Source: Octopus vulgaris
Taxonomy: Eukaryota
Direction of reading: 5' to 3'
DNA: 64,000 nucleotides
NCBI GenBank assembly: GCA_951406725.2
Contig: OX597817.1
Coordinates: 78,058,001 to 78,122,000, forward strand
The translations under genes and the position numbers were made by a program. This document shows positions 24,461-37,119 of the stretch, piece by piece. The stretch's first letter is position 1, and each line of letters opens with the position of its first letter. Below the pieces are notes generated by a model. That model saw nothing but the letters and a program-made list of their open reading frames with translations, was not told the DNA's origin and made no database searches.

Positions 24461-24766
24461 ACATTGCTGTGTTGTAAAAAGATTGCTTTCCAAACATATG
24501 TTTCCAGGTTCAGTCCCACTGCATAGCATCTTGGGAATGCATCTTATTCTATATCCTTGGCTGACCAAAGCTTTGTGGGTGAATTTGGCAAATGGAAACC
24601 CAAAGAAGACCATCATAGTAGTTCGGCAAAATGACCTATAGAATAGATACCAGGCTTAAGGAAAAAGGGAAAATAAGAACTGGGGTTGATTCATCTGATT
24701 AAAGCTTCTTCAAGGCAGTGCCCCAGCATGACCACGGTCTCATGGTGGAAACAAGTAAAGGATAAA
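24461..24766 (+). mobile_element. SINE family A (old, internally deleted)
   Basis: Homology to the other family A copies. Confidence 0.7.
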
Positions 24767-24937
24767 CCTAATATCAGTTACCAGCAGCCTTGGTCCCTCA
24801 CACCAAACCTATAGAGAGCCTATGGGCATCACCACTACCACCACCAGTTCTTGTCTAGCCATCCAATCCATGGCAGCATGGAAAATAGATGTTTAATTAT
24901 GATGATCATAGTGATGACCTTGAAAGACTCTGCAGAA

Positions 24938-25336
24938 GGCATTGGAGTAGCTGTGTGGTAAGTAGCTTGCTTATGAGCCACATGTTTCCAGGTTCAGTCC
25001 CACTGTGTGGCATCTTGGGCAAGTGTCTTGGGCCAACCAAAGCCTTGTGAGTGGATTTGGTAGCCAGAAAATGAAAGAAGCTTGTGGTATATATGCATAT
25101 ATATGTGTATGTATGTAAGTGTGTGTATATTTTTGCGTGTCTGTGTTTGTCCCCCCAGTATCGCTTGACAACTGATGCTGGTGTGTTTACATCCTCGTAA
25201 CTTAGCGGTTCGGCAAAAGAGACTGATAGAATAAATACTAGGTTTACAAAGAATAAGTCCTGCGGTCGATTTGCTCGACTAAAGGTAGTGCTCCAGCATG
25301 GCCACAGCCACATGACTGAAACAAGTAAAAGAGTAA
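24938..25336 (+). mobile_element. SINE family A
   Basis: Near full-length head, central microsatellite and AAGTAAAAGAG tail. Confidence 0.85.
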
Positions 25337-26394
25337 GGCAGATCTCACCATCAATGAGGATCTTTCCAAGTAGTCTCACCTGCTCAGAATAACAAAAGCT
25401 GGTCTTCCCTTTCAGAGCTAGAAATTACTTCAGTCTCCTGCTAACCTTCTTCACAACAAAAGCTTAGCTGAGACTCACATGGATTGCTGCTCCCTCATCT
25501 GGTCCAGTACTGGTGCTGCACACAGACATCTTAAGACATATCTTCTAATGATAAAGAGCTGTTCAGCTAATTAGTATAAAGTGGTTTGCCAACATGTTTA
25601 AATCTCTGACTCACAAACAAGCTGTTTCCTCACTTTGTCTTTCCTATGGCAACTATGACTGGCTCTCACCTTGGAACCAGCTGGTCTTGTGTTACCTTTT
25701 TTTCAGACTTACCTGATTCATTTGTCTCTCACTCTCATCACCAGTATTGCTTCCACTCTTACCAAGAAATTTTGAAGGGACAGTACAAGTCACTTACATC
25801 ACCCATAGCTCTTGTCTGGTAATTATATTATTGACCCTGAAAGATGAAAATTAAATTTGACCTTGGCAGGATTTGGACCTCAGAACATAATGATTCGGAA
25901 GAACTACTGCTAAGTGTTTTATCCAATGTGCAAACAATTCCACCAGCATGCTTCATCATCATCATAATTCAATATCCAATCATTCTCTTCCAGACTTGGC
26001 TTCCTTGAAATCCTTCTCCAAGATTCCTTTTTCCCTGTTAATGTTTCAACTTATGGAACAGTAACCATGCTGCTCTCACTCTTTTAGAAGAGTCTATGCA
26101 GATTATGGACACAACTCTTTCTGTCAGTGCTGACCATTAAAAAAGCCTACAAACATCAATGACAATCTCACAACTGCTACTTCTTTGAGCCAGTGAGGTA
26201 GCATCTATGTGGTCTCTCATCTAGCTAGAAATAGCAACTAAATTTCTCTTGCTTTTGCATCTTAACATTTTGAGTGATAGAATATGATATATGACTCTCT
26301 AATGCAGAAATTGTCGTAAGTCAATCAAGCTACCCTTCAATCTTTCATCTATCTTTATATACAATAAGCTGTTATCCATCAACTTAGTGATTTG

Positions 26395-26770
26395 CCCTCT
26401 TTCTATCCATCCCGCCAGCCATATATCCATCCACCCATCAATACATGTACTCATTCAGCCATTCACAAATCCATCCATCTATCCAATCCATCCACCCCAC
26501 TATCCAGCCACAGATCCAGTCATCTCTCCATCCATCCATCCATCCATCCATCCATCCATCCTTCCATCCATCCATCCAGCCATTCATCTAGCCCTCCATC
26601 CCTCCTTCCTTCCCTCCCTCCATCCATCTAACTATCCACGCAATCACTCCTCAACCTATCCAGCCAGCCATCCTCCGACACATCCCTCCATCTCTCCATT
26701 CATTCATCCAGCTTGCCATTCATCAATGTCAACCTGCATCCATCAAACCAGCCACCCGGTTACTCATTAA
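26395..26770. repeat. Degenerate (CCAT)n repeat
   Basis: Directly visible; source of the IHPS pseudo-ORFs. Confidence 0.85.
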
Positions 26771-27409
26771 CCATGCACCTACCAACTCTCTTTATCGCAT
26801 GCCATTAACCCACATTATAAACATTGACAATCAGTCTCCATGTAGTAAGTTAGCTCTTTTTGCAGCAGCCTAAGCTACCTCTGGCTCTGGCTACCACTGT
26901 GTTTGAACTTATAAAAAAAACTAAGAAATGTGTTATGAAAATACACAAGCTAATAAAAAGTATAAAAATAAAAACAAAAATGATAAATAAAAGAATTAAT
27001 GAAAATAATGAAAACAAAAGAAAGAGAAAAATGAACAAAAAAATGAAGAATGAAAGCAAAACAAAATGGAAAAGAAAAGAAAAAAACCAAAGTTGCTGGA
27101 ATAACTGGTTTAGTTAAGTTTTGCCAATTTTCTTGATCAGGCAGCTTATCAAAACAATGTCACTTACTTTTCAAAACAAATCCCTGTGTGTGTGTATGTG
27201 TGTGTGTGTGTGAGTGTGTGTGTGTTTGTATGTGTGTGTGTGTTTGCATGTGCATGTGTATGTGTGTGTGTGTGTATGTTTGTATGAGTGTGTGTGTGCG
27301 CGGTAGACTCTGGATTGCTAGAATTTCTTTTATCGATATCATGCAGTTCTGATGTAGATGCTGATGGAATAGAAATTAAAACAATAATAATAATAATAAT
27401 AATAATAAT

Positions 27410-27452
<43 letters not shown>

Positions 27453-27788
27453 TTAATAATAATAATAATAATAATAACAACAACAATAATAATGATGAGG
27501 ATGATGATTTCATTTATTTGTCACAAGGGTGAAGGAATAATTATAATAATAATAATGATAATGATGATGATGATGATGATGATGGTTTCAAATTTTGGCA
27601 CAGGGTCTATTATTTGTAAGGGGAGGGGAAAGTGAATTACATCAAGCCTAGTACGTGACCGGTACTTATTTTATCAACCCCAGAAGGACTACAGCAGAAA
27701 TTGAATGTAAAGACAGGTAAAATGCTCCTAAGCATTTTGGTCAGCACACTAAAGATTCTGACAGTTTGCAGTCTTAATAATAATAATG

Positions 27789-27847
<59 letters not shown>

Positions 27848-27860
27848 TATAATTATAATA

Positions 27861-29126
27861 TCAGGTCATTAAGGATGAAATGTCCAATTTTCTTATGCAC
27901 CAAGTTTGACAGACAACTCTAACGTTTTATGCTGACAATTCTTTGTTTTACAACATTGAAGAGCTTACATCACTTTTCAAAATGCATTTTATGGTGTCTG
28001 ATTGTATTGTGAGTTTTCTCTTGTAAATCAGTTTTTGTGAACCCATGGATAGATAAAAGATTTGTGTTGTTTATGAATATGAGTTCTGTTGTGGAACCAA
28101 TGCATCCCAGACAGCTTGAAACATCAACGAGGTAATTGGTGAAGATGTGGTGAATGAGTGCACTGTATATCAATGTTTTGAGAAGTTCTGGTCTGGTGAC
28201 TTTACTCTTGAAAATCATCCCCGTGGTAGACCTGAGACCAAGGTGGATAATGATGAGCTGAAAACTGTAGTGTAAGTGAATACATCTCAAACTACGTGTG
28301 AGTTATAGCAAGGTTAGATGTTTCAATTCCAACAGTATTGAACCATCTGAAACAAATTAGCAAGGTAAAGAAGCTGGACATGTAGGTATCACACAAACTT
28401 AATGAGCACGTTATCTTGAAACTTGCTGATCTTTGCTGTCATGGCATAAAAGCGAACTCTTTTTGCATCATGTTATGTGTGTTGAAAAATGTGTTCTTTT
28501 CAACAACAGCAAACGTTTTGCATGGTGGTTGGATAGAGACAAAGTACCAAAGCACAATCCAGAAAAGAATATTCACCAAAATAAGCTAATGGTGCCTATT
28601 TAGTGGTCCAATGCTGGTGTCATCCATTACTGCTTCATGAGACCTGGTAAGTCAATTATAGTGGATATATACATCAACCAACTGGATGAAATGATGAGTG
28701 AACTTGCAATTAAGCAACCAAAATTGGTTTATAGAGACAGGCCAATTCTCTTGCAAGACAATGCTTCACCACATGTTGCACAAAGAACGCTACTCAAGTT
28801 ACAGGAACTGAACCTGGAAGTACTCTGTCATCTACCATATTCCCCAGACGTTGCACCAACTGAGTATCATGTTTTCCAGGCATTAGACAACTTTTTGCAA
28901 GGAAAAAAATTTGAATCTGAAGAAGATGCAATTACAGCCTTTCGTGATTTCATCACCCCTTGCTCTCCAGAATTCTTTGCTGCTTGCATAAATAAGCTAC
29001 CCATAAAATGGCAAGATTATGTTGATAATTTAGGTGCATACTTTGATTAACTGCAATGCTTTTTGTTGAGATAAAGTAAAATAAACTTTCAGTTCAAAAT
29101 CAGACATTTCATTCTTAATGACCTGA
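27861..29126 (+). mobile_element. Full-length decayed mariner (Hsmar1/cecropia-like)
   Basis: TIRs TCAGGTCATTAAGGATGAAATGTC / GACATTTCATTCTTAATGACCTGA, TA TSDs, 1266 bp. Confidence 0.93.
28046..29050 (+). pseudogene. Mariner transposase pseudogene
   Basis: MDR*KICVVYEYEFCCGTNASQTA*NINEV.. and LLQDNASPHVA..HLPYSPDVAPTEYHVF; multiple stops and frameshifts. Confidence 0.9.
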
Positions 29127-29139
29127 TAATAATAATAAT

Positions 29140-30045
29140 TTATCCTTTGAATCCAAAATGCTGATGTAGACCAAGCAACAACCCATCAGTGGCTGAGAAG
29201 TTCAAGGCTGGAAGCAGAGAGTGAAGGTTTCCTATTAGTGGCACAAGATCAAAGCTTGGTTACAAAAATCTACCAGGCTAATATTCTTCAAAACAGCTCT
29301 GACTCTAAATGCAGATTCTGCGATAAATTTAATGACACAATAAACCATCTCATCTTGAGATGTCGTGCTGACAGCAAATGAATTCAAAAATCCCCATGAT
29401 AGGGCAGGACAGTATTTACTTAGGAAAATATGTAAACACTACAAAATCAGCATTCCTGCTTACTGGTATGAACATCATCCTGAGCTAGTCATTGAAGGTA
29501 AATGTGTCACTATCCTCTGGGATTTTCCAGTCAACACTAACAGAATGATCCAGGCTAATCGACCAGACATAGTTATTAAAGACAGGGAAGAAAATACTTG
29601 TAGACTAATAGATGTAAGTGTACCCACTGATAAAAATATATCTGTAAAGGAATTTGACAAATTAAATATAAGGACATGGAAATTGAAATACAAAAGATGT
29701 GGCATCTTAAATCGAGAACTGTTCCTGTTATTGTGTGTACCTTAGGCATGATAAGAAAGGGATGTGAGATATATCGAGATAATATCCTAAGAGAACCATA
29801 TCTAAGAGAAATCCAAATGGTTGTGCTGACCAGTACTGCCCACATCTTTAGAAAAACTTTGTCAATTTAAATGTCTGCATTGTATTACATGAAAATATTT
29901 TGCTACTGCCCTTGCCACTTCCTCTCCCCAAACTTTCAGGCATACTGTAACATCTCTTATCCTTCACTCACCCTAGGACGCTGGGTTTGTCTCGGTAAGT
30001 GATTTGTAACAAGCATGCAGATTAAAAGTAAATAATAATAATAAT
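29140..30045 (+). mobile_element. 5'-truncated R4/Dong-clade non-LTR element #1 in (TAA)n
   Basis: QWLRSSRLEAESEGFLLVAQDQSL..KCRFCDKFNDTINHLILRC (CCHC), ANRPDIVIKD..LIDVSVPTD (RLE); ends in (TAA)n. Confidence 0.88.
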
Positions 30046-30213
30046 TCTTTCTGCTGGAAGCACAGGGCCTCAAATTTGGAGAAAGGTATTAAGCCGATTA
30101 CATCGATCCCAGTGCATAATTGGTACTAAGTTTATCAACTCAGAAAGGATGGAACACAAAGTCAATTTCTGGAATTTGTACTCAGAATGTAAAGACAGAT
30201 GAAATGCTGCTAA

Positions 30214-30303
<90 letters not shown>

Positions 30304-30305
30304 TG

Positions 30306-30356
<51 letters not shown>

Positions 30357-30426
30357 TCGGTTTATTAGCTTTTATAATAATTTTATTAGCTTTTATAATA
30401 ATTTTATTAGCTTTTAATAATAATGA

Positions 30427-30911
30427 ATAAAAGCTAATAAACCGGATATTATTATAAAAGATCAGACAAAAAAGGTGTGTTTATTGACATGAGTGTTCCT
30501 TGCGATCACAATATAGCAGCGAAAGAATTTGACAAGATCAGTAAATATAAAGACTTGCTAATAGAAATTGAAAAATATGACATCTCAAGGCCACTACAGT
30601 ACTAATGATTGTAGGATCTCTAGGAATAATAAAAAAAGGTACTGAAACCTATTTGAAAATGATACCAGGCTTACCATCCCTACAGGAAGTGCAAAAAATT
30701 GTGTTAACTGGGCTGACTCATGTACTGAGAAGAGCATTATCGCTGTGAAAACAACATCCATTCATGAATTTATTTGTTTATTAATTTTTTTAAATACAGA
30801 TTTTACCTGTGAATTTGCGTGTGTAATCTAGGAATGCATACAATGAGCTTCTCTGCCCTAGGTGTACAGAAAATACTTGGTGAGAAATGGAAGAAAATTT
30901 GAAAAAATAAT
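30427..30911 (+). mobile_element. 5'-truncated R4/Dong element #2
   Basis: IKANKPDIIIKD..IDMSVPCDHNIAAKEFDKISKYKDLLIEIEK..IVGSLGIIKKG. Confidence 0.85.
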
Positions 30912-31978
30912 AGACTGTACTTGTCCAAAAGAAGGAGTGGGAGAGGTTTTATCAGTTACCAGGACTGTATCGAAGCAGAGGAAAATGGCTTAGGGTGGTA
31001 TATAAAAAATACTGTGGAGTCGCTGTTGAAACACATGAAGAAGGCCAGCATCATCAAAACTGAAAATTGCATGAGTAAAGAAAAATTTAAATAAGAAATG
31101 AACAAAAAAAAAAAGAAAAAGCATGGAATGAAAGGATAATGTACGGTCAGTTTGCAAGAGATGTGAACACCAAGACAGATACAGAGGACCGGTGGCTATG
31201 GATGAGGAGGTTGTGACCTGAAGATAGAGACAGAAGCACTCATATGCACAGCTCAGGAACAAGCATTAAGGAACAATTATATGAAGTGTGGAATAGACAA
31301 CACTACCGATAGCGACAAATGCAGAATGTGTGGTGAGAGAGTTGAAGTGGTATAGCACATCATTAGTGAATGCCTGAAATTAGCATAATTCAAATACAAA
31401 AGATGCCATGACAATGTGGCAAGAATAATCCATTGGGAGCTCTGTGGAAAGCACGGCCTACAAAGAGCAAAAACATGGTATGAGCAAACTCCAGAAAGAG
31501 TCACTGAAAATGAGAATTGCAAAATCCTGTGGGATGCAATGACCCAGTGCAATCACCTGACCAGACATCGGAAATGGGACATTGTTGCGGTGAATAAAAA
31601 AGAAAGAACATGTATGATCATCGACATAGCATGTCCCAGTGACAACAGCATCAATGTAACAGAAGAAAAAATAAACAATGATGATTTAAAGTGGGAAATA
31701 CAAAGGTTGTGGTCAATGAGGAGAGTAGAGATGATACCAATGGTAATTGGTGCACTTGGAAGTATCAGCACTCATGTACCAACATGGCTGGAAAAGACTG
31801 GTGCAAGTGTGAAAGTAGAACGCATAGAAAGATCAGCTTTGCTTGGAATTACAAGAGTTCTTTGCAGGGTTCTTGAAGCATGACCAGTGAACAAGTGTCA
31901 CCATAGTCTGATGGCTGTGGGAAGCTGACACTTTCCATCATACCCAGTAAAATAAACTGTGATTTTTTATATAATAAT
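30912..31978 (+). mobile_element. 5'-truncated R4/Dong element #3
   Basis: RLYLSKRRSGRG..AQEQALRNNY..DKCRMCGE..HIISEC..HDNVARIIHWELC..IIDIACPSD..VIGALG; stop at 31881-31883; TAA tail. Confidence 0.9.
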
Positions 31979-32298
31979 GATTTCAAATTTTGGGCCTCCT
32001 ATCGAGCCTTTTGCAATACTCTTAAAGTCAGGAGCTTTCAGTCCCACCTCACATAAATATATATACATACAGAGTGTTCAGGCTATGTACAAAAATACAT
32101 ACATATGTGTGTGTGTGTGTGTATAAAATGGGCTTCCTCACAATTTATGTCAGCCAAATTTACTCACAATGCATTGGACAGCCTGGGGCTATAGTGAGAA
32201 ACACAGGCTCAAGATGAGTCACAGTGGGACTAAACCTAAGGCTACTTAAATAATACAATTAGATAATGAAATTATTAAGTAATGCATGCTGTGTTTTA

Positions 32299-33202
32299 TA
32301 GTGTGTTTGAGCTAAATTTGATCATTTGCATAAATGGAAAAGAAAACACAATATCCCATTCAAAAATGAAAGTATTTTTTAAAAAATCAAAAGTTATTAA
32401 CTAGATTATGACTGGGAGATAACTCTTTACTCAAAGTAGCTGCCCTCGGCTTCCATCAAGGCCTCATGATAACTCTAGAAGCTGGCAAATGTGTTCCTCA
32501 CTGTGTCCCTGAGAAGATCTTTGAACACCTCCTTCATCATGGCTTCTAGATCGGCCTTGATGTTGCAGGCAGAGTAACTGATGTCTTTCTCAACTGCACC
32601 CCACACACGATAATCCATGGGGTTACAATGAGAGGAATTAGGAAACAAGAAATTGGAGCGGGTGAAGTTGTAGAAATTCCCCAACAACCACTTCTGTCTC
32701 TTTCTAGAGGTATGGCAAGGAGCTGAATCCTGCTGTCACACATATGACCTTTAGGCAGCAATGTTGTCCAGCCAGGGACTGACCACAGTTTCTAGTAGCT
32801 TCACATAGCTGTCTGAATTTACCTTGAGGCCCTGTTCAAAGATGTGGGTTGACATGATGCCACCATCACTATAGACCCTACCTAAGGCCATCACAATTAG
32901 AGGGAACCTGGTTTTCATGATACATGAGACATAACATGGATTGTGTCTTACAACCTTGACAGTTTTCTCAGAGCATTGAACAGCAGTCATAATGTTGGCA
33001 TTTCGATAATGAATCCTCATGATACAGGTAGCTCTTTTCCATTATTCCAGTTCTCCATGACTGCTACCTTTTTCTCACCAACAACTTTGATCTTTATACC
33101 CTTCAGTGCTGTTGACTGTATATTAATATATCATCAAGCTGTTTCTTACAAAAATAGGAGACAGAAAAGAAAAAAATCACCAAATTTAGCCAGAATACCC
33201 TG
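32299..33202 (-). mobile_element. Decayed maT (DD37D-like) Tc1/mariner transposon
   Basis: Minus strand: KTRFPLIVMALGRVYSDGGIM..QQDSAPCH..PNSSHCNPMDYRVWGAVEK; imperfect TIRs (C/T)AG(G/T)GT..GCTAAATTTG with TA TSDs. Confidence 0.82.
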
Positions 33203-33300
33203 TATTTGTTCTTATCACTGGAGATTTTAAATAAACTAGTGGGACCGGGGAGAAATTCCACAGAACGAAAAAGATTAAGAGAAGTTATTTAAGACAGAAG

Positions 33301-33844
33301 TCTACATAATATTGTTTGTTCGTCGGTTATACATAGAAATGGAGGTGGAGTGAGTGAGTGGTAGAGTAAAAGTGAGTGAGAGAGAGAGGGGGAGAAATTT
33401 AAGACAGAAAGGATGATCTGCAGTTTTATTTTACTAATTTACTAATTTTATTTCACTTCTGATTTTAAAATTTCCCTCTGTTAAGCACTTCATATTTGTC
33501 TCTTTTTCTCTAACTCTTCATCAAATTTTTTCACCCTCTTCTTGTCTTTAACATTTCTTTCTTTCTCTTCATCTTTCCTTCACATCCTACAGCATGTTAT
33601 TAACACTTCTCTCTTCCACTTTTCTCTCGCCAAATTTTTTAGCTCTCTTTACTTCTCCCTTCAATGAATCACATGATGCATTTGGCCTTAGAGTATTATT
33701 CCACTCCTCTCTTCTTTCTTCTTTACTCTCATTTCTTCCCCCCCTCTCTCATTCACTTTTACTCTACCTCTCACTCACTCCACCTCCATCTTTCTAAGTG
33801 ACTAATGTATAACTGGCAAATGAACAAACAGAATATTATGTAGA
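33301..33844. repeat. Inverted repeat with ~100-bp arms (MITE-like)
   Basis: TCTACATAATAT..GGAGGTGGAGTGAGTGAG..GTAGAGTAAAAGTGA (33301-33398) versus its reverse complement at 33731-33844. Confidence 0.75.
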
Positions 33845-34358
33845 TTGTACTAAGTTGTGAAGATTGATCAATGATGAGACATTATATTACATCATCATAG
33901 TCATCATCATCATCAACAGTAGCAGCAGCATCATCATCATTTAGCATCCCAATTTCCATGCCTCTATAGTTTGGGTAGTTCAACATGAAGCAACAAGCTA
34001 GAGGGCTGCACCAAGTCTAATGTCTGTTTTGATATGGTTTCTACAGCAAGATGCCCTTCCTAGTACCAACAATTTCACAGAGCATACTAGTTACCAACGT
34101 AGGGCACCTGCCCTCACTGGGCTTGTTGAGATGATATCTAAGGGGTTTGACAAAGTGAGTAACTATAATCTTTATTTTAATCACATTTCAGATTAAGATT
34201 ATTAATGCTTAACAATAGCTTTAATCTCCTCAAACATACCTTTATTACAATTAAGGGAATTAGGAGGCCAGAAATTAGGGCAGATGGAGTTGTAGAAATT
34301 CTTCTTTATTATTCTTCATATATAGATTTAATTCTTAATCATTTTGATTCCAACTTAC

Positions 34359-34384
34359 CTGAGTCTGCTCTCAATTCGACAATG
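34359..34384 (-). CDS. Candidate 26-nt micro-exon
   Basis: Strong donor CAG|gtaagt, acceptor ttag; IVELRADS. Confidence 0.22.
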
Positions 34385-35181
34385 CTAACTACTTGTTTAA
34401 AATGATATGAATTAAAATCTTCCATCAAAGTTTCATGCTCACTTATGTTTGAAACCCCAGTTTAATTATAACATAGTTATCAAATTTTTAAAAAATTAAT
34501 TGAAACACATGTAGTACATTTCATCCAACAAAAGGAATAAAATTATTCAAATTAGAAGCTTGATTCAAGATTGCATGCTAATTAATGTTCTAAACAACAG
34601 CTTAATGATAAAGTTATTCTACAAAATTCTTCATTGTTTTTGAAATTAATTGAAGCAGAGGCCATTGTGTATATTAGCAGAAATACAGTAACAAAATGGA
34701 TAAGAGATTAAAGCCAAGAATTTCGTCCTCGTTCCATTTGCAACAATACATTTCTGTGACAATGGATTTAATTCTCTTTTGGACTCTTGATCACTCAAGC
34801 CCAAAATTTAAGAATTACCTGATTCCATAGATAAACTTGTAGATTATGATTAGCAAGAAAGTTCCATGTTTAGATAAAGTCAAAAATAAGAAACAGAAAT
34901 CATCATCATCATCATCATCATCATTATCATCATCAGCATCATCCTGTCACCAACCCTTACCCGTTTCCTTGTGACCAGATATATTTTCATGGAGGATTGT
35001 AAGCAAATGACACTGCATGTATGAAGGTGATGTTCATTTACAGCTAGCCTACGATGTCAAAACAAGGAGGCACAAAAAAACATAAACACACACATACACG
35101 TAGCATGCATGCATTGCATTTATACACTGGAAGTATTTCATTTAAATGCAATCACTTTGAAAAGACTAGAGTTTACATTAC

Positions 35182-35285
35182 AGAACAAGAATCAAATTTC
35201 GGCAGGTTGATATCAAAAGAGTTAATGCCAAACCAGACTGAGGAAGAAAGGTCTACCATTCCCTCTACAGCTGGCATTTCGTTTC
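35182..35285 (-). CDS. Candidate coding exon, unknown minus-strand gene
   Basis: aattag|GA AAC GAA.. = (G)NEMPAVEGMVDLSSSVWFGINSFDINLPKFDSCS|gtaatg; phase matches 35480-35516. Confidence 0.33.
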
Positions 35286-35479
35286 CTAATTAACTTGGAT
35301 ACAATAACAAATCATTACTTTGACACATATGTTCAAATATAAAGCAAGTTTAAATCATCTTAAAGTCTTTATGATATTTTAACTTCGACAAATTGATGAC
35401 CTTTTGCAGTTAACACATGTATTATGTAACTGATATTACCCAACAAAGATTAAGGCTTCTCTTCAAAGAAAGAAATTAC

Positions 35480-35516
35480 CTGAGCACTGAACAGTGTTGA
35501 ACAGTTCTTCAACATG
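35480..35516 (-). CDS. Candidate 37-nt coding exon
   Basis: tccatgcacag|HVEELFNTVQCS G|gtaatt. Confidence 0.33.
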
Positions 35517-35963
35517 CTGTGCATGGAATATATTTAAAATGATATCCAATGAAAGACAGTGTAGCAAATTGGTAAATCATGTCTTTATTCATCACAAGGT
35601 GTGAAGCAAATGATTTAACACTTTTGTTATCATATTTCTGCTGAAATACACGGTTTCGTTTCAATTAATTCTTTGTATAATCAAGAATTTAAGTAAAGCA
35701 ATTTTGTCATTATTAAGCAGGAAATATTTGATGGAGAATTTTACTTTAGATCACTTTAAATGATTTGAATGTCTGCCTTTGATAGCTTAGCATAAAATAA
35801 GTTATCCAAAGTGTACAGTATTACTTATCCATCACAGCTGATCTCACCAATTAGTAAGTTGGTATGATCAGCTGTGATTGATATATATAATGCCACTTCG
35901 GATTATATACCCATTCTATTGACAGATATACGACTGCCTCTTTCTCCTGAAAGACGATCTATA

Positions 35964-36011
<48 letters not shown>

Positions 36012-36196
36012 ATGGGAAGGTTTACGAAAATAAACAAAAGACGAAGGCAGGTGGAGTACAAACAAACAAATGTATTAGTATGGCGCTCAGGAATAGAAAT
36101 AGAACAAGTCTTTTACGTTTCGAGCCTATGCTCTTCGACAGAAAGATACACAGAAAAAAAAACAAGGAGAGAAAAAAATGCGTGTAGGAGCTAACG

Positions 36197-36198
<2 letters not shown>
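36012..36198 (-). mobile_element. Short hammerhead-bearing insert (solo Penelope-like pLTR or retrozyme-like) in (TA)n
   Basis: ~185-bp unique island between (TA)n tracts, containing a minimal hammerhead-like motif. Confidence 0.6.
36109..36146 (-). ncRNA. Minimal type-I hammerhead-like motif (CUGUCGA core variant)
   Basis: TCTTT-CTGTCGA-A-GAGC-ATAG-GCTC-GAAA-CG-TA^AAAGA; stems I and II pair perfectly. Confidence 0.65.
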
Positions 36199-36250
<52 letters not shown>

Positions 36251-36421
36251 GTATATATATGTGTATATATTGGTTAGTTGGCATACTTTTTGTCTTGGGG
36301 GACAATGGAGTTGCGCATAAAATAATCTAGTCTGGCTTTTACATTTCATGTCCTAATATATATCCTGCTGTGGCTGTGTAGTCCTATCCTGGACAAACAC
36401 TCCCTCTGTCAGCTGCCACAA

Positions 36422-36452
<31 letters not shown>

Positions 36453-36454
36453 AT

Positions 36455-37075
36455 GGAACAATTACTGTGAAGCATTGTGTAGAATATATTGTATAAAGGA
36501 TCGTGGGTAAGGCCAAAACAATACGAAGTAAATGCAAGGTAAATCACAAGAAAACAAATATGTGAATTAATGTAAACTTACCCTGTATTCAATATTTCGA
36601 GGTTATGACTTCATTTTCAAGAAATGACGAATGTTGCTGATGTTCGTGTGTGTGAGTGTGTGTGGAGTGTATAAGTGCAGAAGGGTGTTGCTCTAGCAAC
36701 CAGCTAACTTCCTGTAACTCTGTTCTATTGTTGATCTTAGGTTTCTTTTGGTGTATGAGGTTGTCCCTGTTCCACTATGTTGCCTTGATGTGCAGTGTCA
36801 ATTCCCGGGTCTGACATTTCTGTAGCTGTTTCTTCACAGAAGTGTCTGCCTGCATGTGTTTCTTAATACATATATGCAGTTTTCTTGTGCTTCTGATGTA
36901 GGATGCACCACATATGCTACAGATGGTCTCATATACAACATAGATTCTCTGGTACAATTCAGTGTCATTGCTGGGGCAGTTCGACAATGTGTACTCCTAA
37001 AAGTAGTGAGAGGTGTTGTTCTTGGACAGAGCTTTTCTCAGGGAAGGGCCGGTGTGAACTATCTGTATGTGCAGT
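36455..37075 (-). mobile_element. Penelope-like element 3' remnant (GIY-YIG endonuclease and terminus)
   Basis: HTGPSLRKALS..TLSNCPSND..VVYETICSICGASYIRST..LHICIKKH..KPKINNRTE; a decayed hammerhead-like motif lies at ~36588-36624. Confidence 0.8.
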
Positions 37076-37119
37076 AGTTCTGCAGTGGTACAACACGCAG
37101 TCCACAGGGAAGGACTTGA

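Noticed and set aside
28637-29050. Intact transposase or SETMAR-like gene
   Set aside because: Only the C-terminal 137 aa are open; upstream has stops and frameshifts, there is no SET domain, and the TIRs show a plain transposon copy.
36334-36416. Additional minus-strand hammerhead (CTGACAGA..TGTCC/GGACA..GAAATGTA)
   Set aside because: Core spacing and stem I are too degenerate to support a call.
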